Shown here in pieces: positions 9,153-18,929 of a stretch of DNA of 64,000 bases. A program made the position numbers and the translations under genes. Under the pieces are notes generated by a model that saw only the letters and a program-made list of their open reading frames with translations, was not told where the DNA came from and did not search any database. The DNA lies in NCBI GenBank assembly GCA_009929715.1, contig RZZX01000001.1, positions 36,838 through 100,837 of the forward strand. The letters are read 5' to 3'. This DNA is from Bacteroidia bacterium. GTDB taxonomy: Bacteria > Bacteroidota > Bacteroidia > Bacteroidales > Bacteroidaceae. Every line of letters starts with the position of its first letter. Position 1 is the first letter of the stretch.

Positions 9153-9486
9153 ATTTTTCCTTTATTCAACATTAATAATGCTCTATCTATCATTTGAATA
9201 TTTAATTCTCCAAACAAACGATTAAATTGTTAAATCTTGATTTGGTTTAAATCACATTTGAGCTCGATCTTTTTGATCAGAAATGAAGTGCCAAATATCC
9301 ATCCTGAAGATCTAACTGGGATAATTTGATTGCATTTTACGGATTTCCTAGTGTAAATATATAAAAATTTATACAATCAATTTAATCGAAGACCTCAATG
9401 GTAAAGATCCGCAAATACATTAAAATAAACGTTCATTCCCTAATGAGGTTAATGCAATCTTTCATTATTTAGCAGACTGTGCCTTA

Positions 9487-10353
9487 TTAAAAAAATATAT
9501 TTTTATTTTGTAACTGTAATGCTGAGTCTACAACAAAGACATAACAACTTTCAACAGATTCTTTTGTATATTGATCTGTATCGAACAGGAAATAGTCATA
9601 TTCATCATTTACTCTCATTTTCCACTGATTAACGACAGGGCCAACAGCAATAAACTCTGAATACTTATAATAATTTATACCTAAGTTCATTATCGAAATG
9701 GCTTCATTTATGCTTATGATGTCTTTCTTTACTTTCTCAAGATATTCATCTGTGTTCTTTTCCAGGTGGGGTGATTTCAACCATCTAGCATTTTGTGCCG
9801 GAAAATTTTGCAAATTAACACCTTTATTATGCTGTTTATGATATGCTTTGATTAGTTCCTTAAATGCTATCTGACATTGAGCTTGCGCATCTCCATATTT
9901 ATCAGTAGCTATAAAGTCATGATACTTAGCGAGGTATTGCTTAACTTCTGAGTAAGAAATTAACACCTCCAGTGATACCTCTTCAAGAGTACAACCGAAG
10001 AAAGCTGGTACATTAAGAGAGTAGAATTCAGAAACATTAACACGTGCTATCTCTACGTCCAAAGAAGCCGGCAATTGACCATAATGCTTGAGACTAATCC
10101 TTCGACTATTCAGTGAGTCCATCTGAACCTTACATTGCAGCCCAGTAACCTTTGTGAAGTAATCCATGAAATTTGTAGAACGATCAACACGAACACCTGT
10201 GGCATCTGCACATAATTTCATGAACATTTCAACACTATCATGAAACGCTAATATTGACAATCCATTAGTTGGTTCTCCATTGTGTGATAGGGATACGCCC
10301 TGCTCGTAGAGATGTCTAATTACCGCAAGACGTTTAGCTGTAATTTCATTCAT
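9487..10353 (-). CDS. Hypothetical protein with N-terminal HEPN-like domain
   Basis: ILAFHDSVEMFMK helix followed by an Rx4H motif (LNSRRISLKHYG). Confidence 0.6.
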   Translation of the reverse strand: MNEITAKRLAVIRHLYEQGVSLSHNGEPTNGLSILAFHDSVEMFMKLCADATGVRVDRSTNFMDYFTKVTGLQCKVQMDSLNSRRISLKHYGQLPASLDVEIARVNVSEFYSLNVPAFFGCTLEEVSLEVLISYSEVKQYLAKYHDFIATDKYGDAQAQCQIAFKELIKAYHKQHNKGVNLQNFPAQNARWLKSPHLEKNTDEYLEKVKKDIISINEAISIMNLGINYYKYSEFIAVGPVVNQWKMRVNDEYDYFLFDTDQYTKESVESCYVFVVDSALQLQNKNIFF

Positions 10354-10368
10354 ATAACATACTATTAT

Positions 10369-12132
10369 TTAGTTTCCTCTTCTTATATAATCTTCCCAAT
10401 GTTTGGTAAAATTATCAAACCCTTTACGCTCTTGAGTTTTCATATAGTCAGGCAATGCAGATAGACCATTCATCAAATCATGAAAATGTCTATTCTTTAG
10501 AAATGGCAATATGCTTGATTTTCTATAGTAGTCATCAAAGTAATGTTTAAATCCGACTTCTGCAAAATTCTTTTTATATAGACATAAGGTTGATACATCA
10601 GTCAGTATTATGGGCATTATACCTTTCTCCGACAAGTCAAAACTGGAATACTCTTTCCTTTGCCAATATTGCAAAAGATTCTTCATACCACTCATCGTAT
10701 GTTTCACGTCCGCAACTACCAGAATAGGATATACGACTGCATCTTTTGGGCAATCTGGATCCCAGCGTCGTTGGAATTCACCTGAACGTATCTTTCTTAC
10801 ATTTCCAAGTAACTGACCAACACCTTTGGGCTTTCTTCTTTCGTTACGAACCAAGTTGTGATAGATTACATCTATATAATTTTGAAGTGTTCCCATCTCC
10901 CTAACATTATCCCTAATCTTTATATCCTTGTTTTCAAAAAGAAATACAATATTTCCTTTTCGGGCATAGTAATCAGGGGGGCTGGCTTGTGCAGCATCTT
11001 TTCTTATATCATATGCCTGACATTCTGCATCTGTCATTGCCACTTCGTATGTGGACTTGCATATATAATTCATTGTACTTCCGAACAAGCAATTTTCTGA
11101 GAACTCGGTCGTAAATAGTTGATTAAATGTTTGTCCCTTAAAGCCAAAGTCTCTCTCGGCAATGGTTTTGAACTCAAAATAGAGACTGTTATAGATATGT
11201 TCTATTAAAAGAACATGATTGTACACAAAGTAATTTTTCTCATCCATTTTTATCAAGGGGCAAGTTCGAAAAGCTGTAAAATCCCTATTATTCTTCTTCG
11301 AAATTATTTTTTCTAAACTCCAAGAAGAGCGATCAATAACTTGCTTCAGCTTTAATTGTTCAGTAATATGAACATTATCGAAATTCACTTCACCAACCTT
11401 TCCTTGACATAAGCAATAAACAGACCATAGTGCCTTTGGATATAACCACCACTCATCTTTTATCCCATGTTCTATGCAGAAAACATCTACAATTGGCTTA
11501 AATTCTGAATGAATAGTAGCAAACTCAAACAAAATCAGACAACGAACGGTTTGAGAAATCAAGATTAGCTGTTCATCGTGATATAAGTTAGAGCCAAACT
11601 GTCTCAACACTGTTGCAGCATAATATAATTCAGGATCTGTTATTTCATCAAAAGGTACCTTACCTCTACCTTTTTCAGACGTAATTTGATTGGCTGCATT
11701 CAAAGCCTTAAAGAAATCTTTCTCGAATTTTCTTCTATTGAATTTTATAGGTCGATATTTGACAGACATTACTTCTCGAAGCAGATACAATAAACTATCT
11801 TCCGTGGCCCCAATATAACCATCTATTTTTTTGTTTCTTCTGACAACTTTATTATAGCGGTTAATTGTCTCTATAACATAGTTAGAATTCAGAGCACTAA
11901 AGAAAAAGCGAAGCGAGTCTATTTCTTTCTCATCACCATCGTAATCGGGATTATAGAAAGGTTCATTAACGAGTTTCTCTGCCATATTACTAATCATGTG
12001 CATCAGAGATACCCTATCCATTGTTAACATACACTTACGAATATTAGGTATCATTCTCTCTGGATATAGATCATGATAGCCTATTATCTGAGCAATCTTT
12101 GCTGCTGTATAAATGGAGTTATTACTATTCAT
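10369..12132 (-). CDS. Hypothetical protein with C-terminal PD-(D/E)xK nuclease-like domain
   Basis: PPDYYARKGNIVFLFENKD...KGVGQL...VYPILVV motif; ends 15 bp before the HEPN-like gene. Confidence 0.62.
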   Translation of the reverse strand: MNSNNSIYTAAKIAQIIGYHDLYPERMIPNIRKCMLTMDRVSLMHMISNMAEKLVNEPFYNPDYDGDEKEIDSLRFFFSALNSNYVIETINRYNKVVRRNKKIDGYIGATEDSLLYLLREVMSVKYRPIKFNRRKFEKDFFKALNAANQITSEKGRGKVPFDEITDPELYYAATVLRQFGSNLYHDEQLILISQTVRCLILFEFATIHSEFKPIVDVFCIEHGIKDEWWLYPKALWSVYCLCQGKVGEVNFDNVHITEQLKLKQVIDRSSWSLEKIISKKNNRDFTAFRTCPLIKMDEKNYFVYNHVLLIEHIYNSLYFEFKTIAERDFGFKGQTFNQLFTTEFSENCLFGSTMNYICKSTYEVAMTDAECQAYDIRKDAAQASPPDYYARKGNIVFLFENKDIKIRDNVREMGTLQNYIDVIYHNLVRNERRKPKGVGQLLGNVRKIRSGEFQRRWDPDCPKDAVVYPILVVADVKHTMSGMKNLLQYWQRKEYSSFDLSEKGIMPIILTDVSTLCLYKKNFAEVGFKHYFDDYYRKSSILPFLKNRHFHDLMNGLSALPDYMKTQERKGFDNFTKHWEDYIRRGN

Positions 12133-12324
12133 TTAGGATTTATTATATAATTTTTAAAAAATAACCTCAAAATAAAGGAGACTTATGGTGCAACATCGCT
12201 CAATTAGGCTTTCACCAATTACGGTAATATCCAGTTATTTAATTATTTCGCCATAAGCATTTAGCATTATCACATAAGACGATTCTTTAAATATTTTTGT
12301 TAATCAATTTCAATTTTATGCTTA

Positions 12325-15300
12325 TCAATTATCCAAATCTATAAGTTTCGCTTCAGCATCCTCTCGTCTGGCCATGTCTTCATATTGAGCAGTAAGACTA
12401 TCGAAAATCCGAGTAATTCTTGGATGTGAAAATCTAGTACGATTGCCATACGATTTGTATCGGTCTACATATACCCATTCTATCGCGCCACCAGCATTAT
12501 AAGCTCGTGTTGACACACCTCTTTTATTAAATAAGCGAGCATTATACGAATTGTCTACATGATCATTATCCAATCGCTCAATTATATCCGAGAGATACTC
12601 CGGTGGATAATTATCATTCTCAGGAATATTACCTAACAAATGACCGATTGTGTTATATGTCATTGTCAGTCGTTTATTCTTCTTTGCTAATTCTAACAGC
12701 TCATCAACATATGCATTAAAAGCATTTTCATCCACATTAACATCTTCCCCAAAGCACGGAACTCCATGCAAATTATATAGAATTTGGAAAGCCATTTTTG
12801 CAAGAAGTTTTCTATTTGCGTCCTCTTCAAATTCTTGAATTACTTTTTCGCGTTCTTCTTCATCTTCAGGGAAATATGCCATTTCTATAAGTTCCATCAA
12901 AAGCGATGACTGATGAAGAATTGCATACATTAGTCTTAATTTACCAACATCCACTCTATGTTCCAGAATAGGATAAAGCAATAATTCCACCTGCGGAAGT
13001 TTTTCCATCACTTCTGGATCTTCACTTTTGTCAAGTTCTTCAACAAGATCTGTAATATATAATATCATGTCTGCCCGCTTAAATTGACCTGCACTTGTTG
13101 TTAGAAGTTGAGACAAACATTCAAATTTCAATTTATCGTTTATCTGAACTTTATGTTTTACATGATGTATAATCTCCAATGCAACATCTACACGATTAAC
13201 AGACTTCATCTTACCAATTATAAACATAGCATCATCTGGCGTATATCCCCATAGCTTCACCATTTCCCAATATTTTTTTTGAGCATCTTGTGATAACGTC
13301 TCAACATATTCAGCAATCTCCTTATTATACATAGGTGCACAAAGCAAAGGTATCAATTTGTCTACAGAATTGACTCCTTCAATTTTTTTTATAAACCAGT
13401 CGCTCCCATTCTTATTATATAAGACTTGGAGGTAGCCCATGATAAAGTCATCAGAGAGACCGTCGTTGATATAATTCCCAATAACCTCATCCACTTTATC
13501 TTCTCCGACTTCCTGGGCATAGCTATTACCCAAGATTCGAGGATATTTGATGATTTTCACAAATTTCAAAATCGCATCAAACCCACCATATGTATAGATT
13601 TCCCTTGTCGCATTTCGTCTATACTCTGTCTCAATATCATAATTTTTTTTCTCAGAATTCCTCCGATTATATGGAATACGAACATAACTATCCTCAAATA
13701 GCCATTTATTTTTTTCAAGAACATCTTCTGGCATCAATTCATCCAACAAATTCTGATATGGTTTGAGTTCGTCCGCAGTCAATGCCCATTGCATACCTTC
13801 ACATGAAATCTGATTATCTAATTTCTCACGCAACGTATTGCACACAGAACCCTCTCCTTTTAAGGAACATTTATATCCGTTTATATATTTAAGAATCATA
13901 CCGCGGATACACTCCATATTACTATTAAACGATAATTTAATAAGTTCATTGATATTTTCAGCATTTGGTTCTATTGCATCCAGCATTATCCGACATACAT
14001 TTATCACTCTGTCTGGATGAACTGGAATGATATATTTGGGGTCGCACTGTTTGTCATACAGTCTCCATCTATAATGAGCCGTATTCTCAAACACTTCACC
14101 AGACAAATCCTGAAGGAGTTTCAAGATTAAAATGCTACTACCTTCTGGAATCCTTTTTATGACCGTACTCATCACTTTCTCACGTTGACTATCAGTCGCA
14201 TATGTCTGGGGTAATATAAATCTTAGAATATGACGCAAACTATTTATAGGTTTGTTCACATAATTACTATCGTTTGGGTATTCACATAACTTAAAAAGAA
14301 TCATTACACATCTCAACAAGAAATTCTCATCCCAAGCCATCTCCTCAAGTGTAAACAGTAATTCTGTATAATAAATGTTTATCCCAACAATCCCAATAGG
14401 ATCTTTACGAACAATAAACAATTCATTTAGTAAGAGACATCCATTCTTTATGTCATTCTCTATAAAGTTTAACACACTGTTTGGAGACGCTTCTGCTAAC
14501 AACATGAATGTATGCCTGTTTGACAAATAGCGTTGAAGTGTAAAGTCATTTAACACTTCTGCTACCATATTATCGACAAAACTTTTCAATTTAGCATCAT
14601 GAATCGTCAACAAAATAAGAGTCTGGCACAACCCTTTCTTTAATTGTCCGGAGATTTTTTGCCTATTTTGCCAAAATCTAAGTTCTGCACACTGAATTTT
14701 CTCTACTGCATCTGGGTCATCATCAGTCATGGCCTTCTTAAAAGCGTTACTTAGCAGATTTTTATCTTCATTGGTCAATAAAGGTATAACATATCCTATT
14801 GCCTCATAGGGTGAGATTGTTCTAAATGAGCCGTCTACTTCAATGAATGGACTATCATTCATCAGTAGATATTCTTTCAGCCTTTGTTCTATATTAGCAT
14901 ATGTTGTATTGGACAATTCTCCTAAAAGTTCTTTATCTCCATCAGCATTACCATTCCATCTTCCCGCTAATATAGCGGGAAGATGGGGGCGCAGAGTGTG
15001 AGGATATGCCCATTCGGGAAGTGTCGCATCAATCTCTTGTCTTCTTCGTAAAGCCATTATATTCCTTGCTGTATCCAAAGCTAATTGTCGCGCCATACTA
15101 CCTTCAAATCCAGAAGCTTCTAGTGACGACACAAAAGCATCACGCTCCACTATAGGCAATTTTACAGCAGTTGCAACCTCGTCTACAGGACTTACAGCAC
15201 ATATTACCGAATGCCCGTTCATAACTACATTATGCGAAATGTCTACTGCCGTTATTACGAATATCAAGTGTTTATATACTTTAGACATCCGTAGCAATGT

Positions 15301-16050
15301 TCCCGCATCATTTACTACAAGGCATCTGTCTAGTATCTCTGGGTGTTCTTCTCCTATAGACATAAGTGCAGCTATAATAAAAGCTTGCGCTTCCTGTTTT
15401 GACAAAGCTTCAATGTATGTAATAGAAGGATTAGTGACCGTTGCCATTATTTCATTGATGGCCTCGGTTCTTCCACCTAAAAGTAAATCATAACGTAATG
15501 TTACATCCTTACCTCTTGCCCATCTATTCCAAAAATTATCTATGAGTTCAATATTTGAATCTGGCACAATTCCGAGATGATTCGCCAGCCACAAGCCAAC
15601 GGCAGGATGCTGTTCAATCCAATCCTCCAACTCGACGGCAGTATAAACAATGATATTCTTCCATACTGAGTTATTTTTCTTCTCCTCTACCCATTTCGTT
15701 GCACCTGTCCATGTACGAGGAGTTATAAAAACAAAAGTCGCTATCGTTTTATCAAATCCTCCTGTCTCTACATCACGCTTATTAAAATCATCATCAATCT
15801 TTCCCTTGACTCCTTCGTTTACTCCCATTTCCCACAATGATAGTCCTTCGCAAATAGTGTTTATTCGCTCTGGAGTTTCTACGATAACATCCCAGCCTGG
15901 TAAATTCACAGCATCACCACTTGGTATAGTCAACCTATTTATTGTATGTACAGAAGCCCGAATTAGCTTTCTAATGAGTTCGGGCAACATTGTCTGACAG
16001 TCTTTTGTATCAGCCCATTGTGTCAAATTCGTATATGTGATGAATTTCAT
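12325..16050 (-). CDS. Large protein (1241 aa): N-terminal restriction-endonuclease-like domain, degenerate NTPase-like middle, helical C-terminus
   Basis: PGWDVIVE...SLWEMGV...KIDDDFNKR...FVFITPRTW (Mrr-like pattern); GGRTEAI...ITYIEALSKQEA where a P-loop would be expected; long helical remainder. Confidence 0.55.
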   Translation of the reverse strand: MKFITYTNLTQWADTKDCQTMLPELIRKLIRASVHTINRLTIPSGDAVNLPGWDVIVETPERINTICEGLSLWEMGVNEGVKGKIDDDFNKRDVETGGFDKTIATFVFITPRTWTGATKWVEEKKNNSVWKNIIVYTAVELEDWIEQHPAVGLWLANHLGIVPDSNIELIDNFWNRWARGKDVTLRYDLLLGGRTEAINEIMATVTNPSITYIEALSKQEAQAFIIAALMSIGEEHPEILDRCLVVNDAGTLLRMSKVYKHLIFVITAVDISHNVVMNGHSVICAVSPVDEVATAVKLPIVERDAFVSSLEASGFEGSMARQLALDTARNIMALRRRQEIDATLPEWAYPHTLRPHLPAILAGRWNGNADGDKELLGELSNTTYANIEQRLKEYLLMNDSPFIEVDGSFRTISPYEAIGYVIPLLTNEDKNLLSNAFKKAMTDDDPDAVEKIQCAELRFWQNRQKISGQLKKGLCQTLILLTIHDAKLKSFVDNMVAEVLNDFTLQRYLSNRHTFMLLAEASPNSVLNFIENDIKNGCLLLNELFIVRKDPIGIVGINIYYTELLFTLEEMAWDENFLLRCVMILFKLCEYPNDSNYVNKPINSLRHILRFILPQTYATDSQREKVMSTVIKRIPEGSSILILKLLQDLSGEVFENTAHYRWRLYDKQCDPKYIIPVHPDRVINVCRIMLDAIEPNAENINELIKLSFNSNMECIRGMILKYINGYKCSLKGEGSVCNTLREKLDNQISCEGMQWALTADELKPYQNLLDELMPEDVLEKNKWLFEDSYVRIPYNRRNSEKKNYDIETEYRRNATREIYTYGGFDAILKFVKIIKYPRILGNSYAQEVGEDKVDEVIGNYINDGLSDDFIMGYLQVLYNKNGSDWFIKKIEGVNSVDKLIPLLCAPMYNKEIAEYVETLSQDAQKKYWEMVKLWGYTPDDAMFIIGKMKSVNRVDVALEIIHHVKHKVQINDKLKFECLSQLLTTSAGQFKRADMILYITDLVEELDKSEDPEVMEKLPQVELLLYPILEHRVDVGKLRLMYAILHQSSLLMELIEMAYFPEDEEEREKVIQEFEEDANRKLLAKMAFQILYNLHGVPCFGEDVNVDENAFNAYVDELLELAKKNKRLTMTYNTIGHLLGNIPENDNYPPEYLSDIIERLDNDHVDNSYNARLFNKRGVSTRAYNAGGAIEWVYVDRYKSYGNRTRFSHPRITRIFDSLTAQYEDMARREDAEAKLIDLDN

Positions 16051-16341
16051 ATTATTTCAAACATATTTAAGGTATATTATATTGATCTTGTCAAAAATTA
16101 ATAGATATTAGTGACAAAACTTAATTTCCATATCAAATAATAGATTATGTATATTTTCTCTGCACTTAATCTATAAAGTTTAATAGACAGAAGTTATATG
16201 ACAATGTGTTTCTATCCAGAGTTTTAGCTCAAATTTCATTTTCAAAATTAACTTTCTTTCCTAACAATTATATTACCCATCTTAATTTTAAGTTATTTGA
16301 ACTATTTTCACTGCCTAGGAAAACAATACAAATCTTATACT

Positions 16342-16800
16342 ACCCCGTAGTGCATTTGAATATAAAGAAAATAAATTACTCATTATCAAACAAGTAAACA
16401 CATATCAACTATTTACCAAATGATTAAACACATGATTAACTCCATCGCAAATTACGGAAAAATATTAGAGCTTTTGCAACAAATAGAATTAAAAATGAAC
16501 TTTCTTAATCAAATTAGTAATCCTAAGCTATCAGATATCGAATTTATCACTGTCGATTTAACATCTGAATATATGAGTATTGACTCTGAATATCGATTAT
16601 TCAGAATTCTCCCTGACAAATTGAATTTAAGGATTGAGCGGAATGTCTATAATAGAAGGATACGTAAATTGTTTTATTTCAAAGAACAGTTGCGTAAACG
16701 AATCGTGTCTAAGATTAGTTCAAACAGAGATTATTGCATAAGATAGTATGCCTTTAGAGGTTTGTAAGTTAAGCCGTAGTAGACGGGGTGGCATTTGTAG
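16342..16800 (+). pseudogene. IS982-family transposase remnant (frameshifted, truncated)
   Basis: ORF 16420-16746 PKLSDIE...MSIDSEYRLF...IERNVYNRRIRKL, continuing in another frame as DSMPLEVCKLSR; ACCC-type end at 16342. Confidence 0.72.
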
Positions 16801-16801
16801 A

Positions 16802-16928
16802 TCTTATCTTCACTATTACGCTCACCTCGATCAAATTACATTCTTAATTTATATACCCGGTTATTTTGTAGGGTTTCTAATGCTGATACGCTCCAATTCA
16901 CGAATTTGTATGCTACTGCTATTTCCAT
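16802..16928 (-). pseudogene. Decayed 5' fragment paralogous to the 110-aa gene at 5979-6311
   Basis: Reads MEIAVAYKFVNWSVSALETLQNNRVYKLRM then stop, versus METTVAYKFVNWDVPALEILQNSRVYQLRMRL. Confidence 0.85.
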
Positions 16929-17161
16929 ATCTGCAAATTTTAATTATATGCGGATTCTAGAGCGAATGAGTTTCGTTTCATTAAACTTTATCTATCTCTC
17001 GTAAATCCGACAATTTTTACATACATCTTTCAGTCGATAGGTCGTTTTAGTTTCGGAAGCAGTCCCTATGTTTGTAATTAATATGCAGAAGAACAAAGCA
17101 TAAGCCAAGAGTATTAATATATTTGAGGTATCAGTCTTAAACAATTAAATACTCAAAGCTT

Positions 17162-18241
17162 ATGCGTACACAAAGTAACAAACTAAATTTTGAAGGAGAA
17201 AATATTTATGTTGGAATTGATGTTCATTTGAAAAGTTGGAATGTGACAATTTACACAGAATATCTTCATCATAAAACATTCAACCAACCTCCTGTACCTT
17301 CAATTTTAAGGGACTATCTGAATACTAATTTTCCTGGTGGAACTTATTATTCAGCCTATGAAGCTGGGTTCTGTGGGTTTAATATCCATTTCGAACTTGA
17401 GAAGCTAAATATAAATAACATTGTGGTTAATCCTGCCGATATACCAACTAGCCAGAAAGAACAGGTACTTAAAAACGATTCCCGTGATAGTATGAAAATT
17501 GCCCGTTCTTTAAGAGCTAATGAACTCATAGGCATACATGTCCCATTCATTGAGACATTGGAAAATCGCACATTGATACGCACTCGAGACACAATGGTGA
17601 AAGATATGACTAGATTTAAACAGCGTATAAAAGCTTTGCTTTATTTTTATGGCATATCTTACCCTCCGGAATTTGAGAAATCAACCAGTCATTGGTCCCA
17701 ACGTTTTCTTAAATGGTTAAAAGAAGAGGTATCACTTAATACAGCCAATGGAAACGATGCCTTGTCATTACTTATCAGAGAAGTAGAGCAACAAAGAGTT
17801 CTTATATTGGAAATCAATAGAAAAATCCATAGTCTTGCTGTTTCTGAAAAATATGTAAAGGAAATAGAGCTAATAAGAAGCATTCCGGGAATTGGTTTGG
17901 TTACAGGGCTTACTTTTTTGTCGGAGATAGAAGATATTGAACGATTCCCAAATACAGACAAGTTAGCTGGTTTTGTAGGACTAATACCTACCTGTCACTC
18001 CAGTGGAGAGGTGGAAAATTATGGAGAGATGACATTTAGGAAGAAAACGACTTTAAGAAGATGGCTGATTGAAAGTGCCTGGGTTGCAGTAAGAATAGAT
18101 CCGGCACTGACAAGGTGTTTCTCACAACTCTGTAAAAGGATGGAGCCCAATAAAGCTATAATACGAATCGCAAGAAAACTATTAAACAGAATGTATTATG
18201 TTTTAAAAAAGAGACAAAAATATGAATGTGGAGTGGTTTAA
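17162..18241 (+). CDS. IS110-family transposase (DEDD recombinase)
   Basis: YVGIDVH, AYEAG, KNDSRDS; C-terminal SIPGIG and GLIPTCHSSGE. Confidence 0.93.
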   Translation: MRTQSNKLNFEGENIYVGIDVHLKSWNVTIYTEYLHHKTFNQPPVPSILRDYLNTNFPGGTYYSAYEAGFCGFNIHFELEKLNINNIVVNPADIPTSQKEQVLKNDSRDSMKIARSLRANELIGIHVPFIETLENRTLIRTRDTMVKDMTRFKQRIKALLYFYGISYPPEFEKSTSHWSQRFLKWLKEEVSLNTANGNDALSLLIREVEQQRVLILEINRKIHSLAVSEKYVKEIELIRSIPGIGLVTGLTFLSEIEDIERFPNTDKLAGFVGLIPTCHSSGEVENYGEMTFRKKTTLRRWLIESAWVAVRIDPALTRCFSQLCKRMEPNKAIIRIARKLLNRMYYVLKKRQKYECGVV

Positions 18242-18650
18242 TGATAATGCCTATATAACAAACTTTCAGAACAAGAGTGATCGCTTTGTTTATCTTGCAG
18301 CTTAGTCTGCTTTAGCAGTTTGCGGCCTCTTCCTATTGAACTGAAAAAGGAAAATGTAGAAAACTGATAGTAATATCAGTTTAAACTACTGATAGAAGGT
18401 TGTTTATATAGGAGTTATTAATAAATAGAAAGTAAGGAAACAATCAATAGAGGTTTTCTTAGCCATATAGCGATATCTGTAACATAAGGGGGAAACATAC
18501 AAGCCTCCCCCAGAAAAAAATGATGTTACAGTGTAACGCAGGAAGTTTATTGCTGACAAGTTGCTCCTCAGCAGAGCTTGTTTCCTCTTCAACTACCTGA
18601 TTACAAAGCTAATAAAAAGTATAATAAATATTAATTATACTCTTGTTATT
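18242..18650 (+). ncRNA. Candidate bridge/seek RNA locus of the IS1111-type element
   Basis: ~400-nt non-coding region downstream of the transposase with hairpins (AAACTGAT/ATCAGTTT; CTGTAACAT/ATGTTACAG enclosing GGGGGA/TCCCCC); location expected for IS1111; boundaries unknown. Confidence 0.55.
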
Positions 18651-18929
18651 TGGATTACAACATAGAAGAAAAAGGGTAGGCTTTAGTGAAAGCAAGGTTT
18701 ATGAAAAAAATACTCTCTGGACGGAGTACAGCAGGAATATTTTTATCAGAACCGCAAGGCTTGACCTTACTTTCACGTCAATAGGCTGTAAATACCTTTG
18801 CTCACGTAACAATAAACGCCACTACCAACTGATTAGTAACTGCTAATATGGAGGGTTTTGAGATGATAGATTGATATTGTATAAAACAGAAAAGCCACCC
18901 TTGTGAGGTAGCTTAATTGAAAGTGTTGG

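Larger units (their letters stand above)
17063..18668 (+). mobile_element. Complete IS110-family (IS1111-type) insertion sequence
   Basis: Empty site GC-AG-AAAAAGGG at 6446-6457 versus filled GC-AG-[IS]-AAAAAGGG; AG at both junctions; sub-terminal IRs CTATGTTTGTAAT (17066-17078) / ATTACAACATAG (18654-18665); long 3' non-coding region. Confidence 0.88.
16802..18870. repeat. Copy 2 of the diverged direct repeat, split by the IS110-family element
   Basis: 16802-17062 and 18669-18870 join to match 6182-6650. Confidence 0.88.

Noticed and set aside
7332-16050. Assigning the cassette to a named system (RM, BREX, CBASS, retron, CRISPR-Cas)
   Set aside because: No methyltransferase, nucleotidyltransferase, reverse transcriptase or Cas motifs were seen; a named assignment needs profile searches
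16748-16960. 70-aa ORF
   Set aside because: Accidental read-through from the IS982 fragment into the antisense of repeat copy 2
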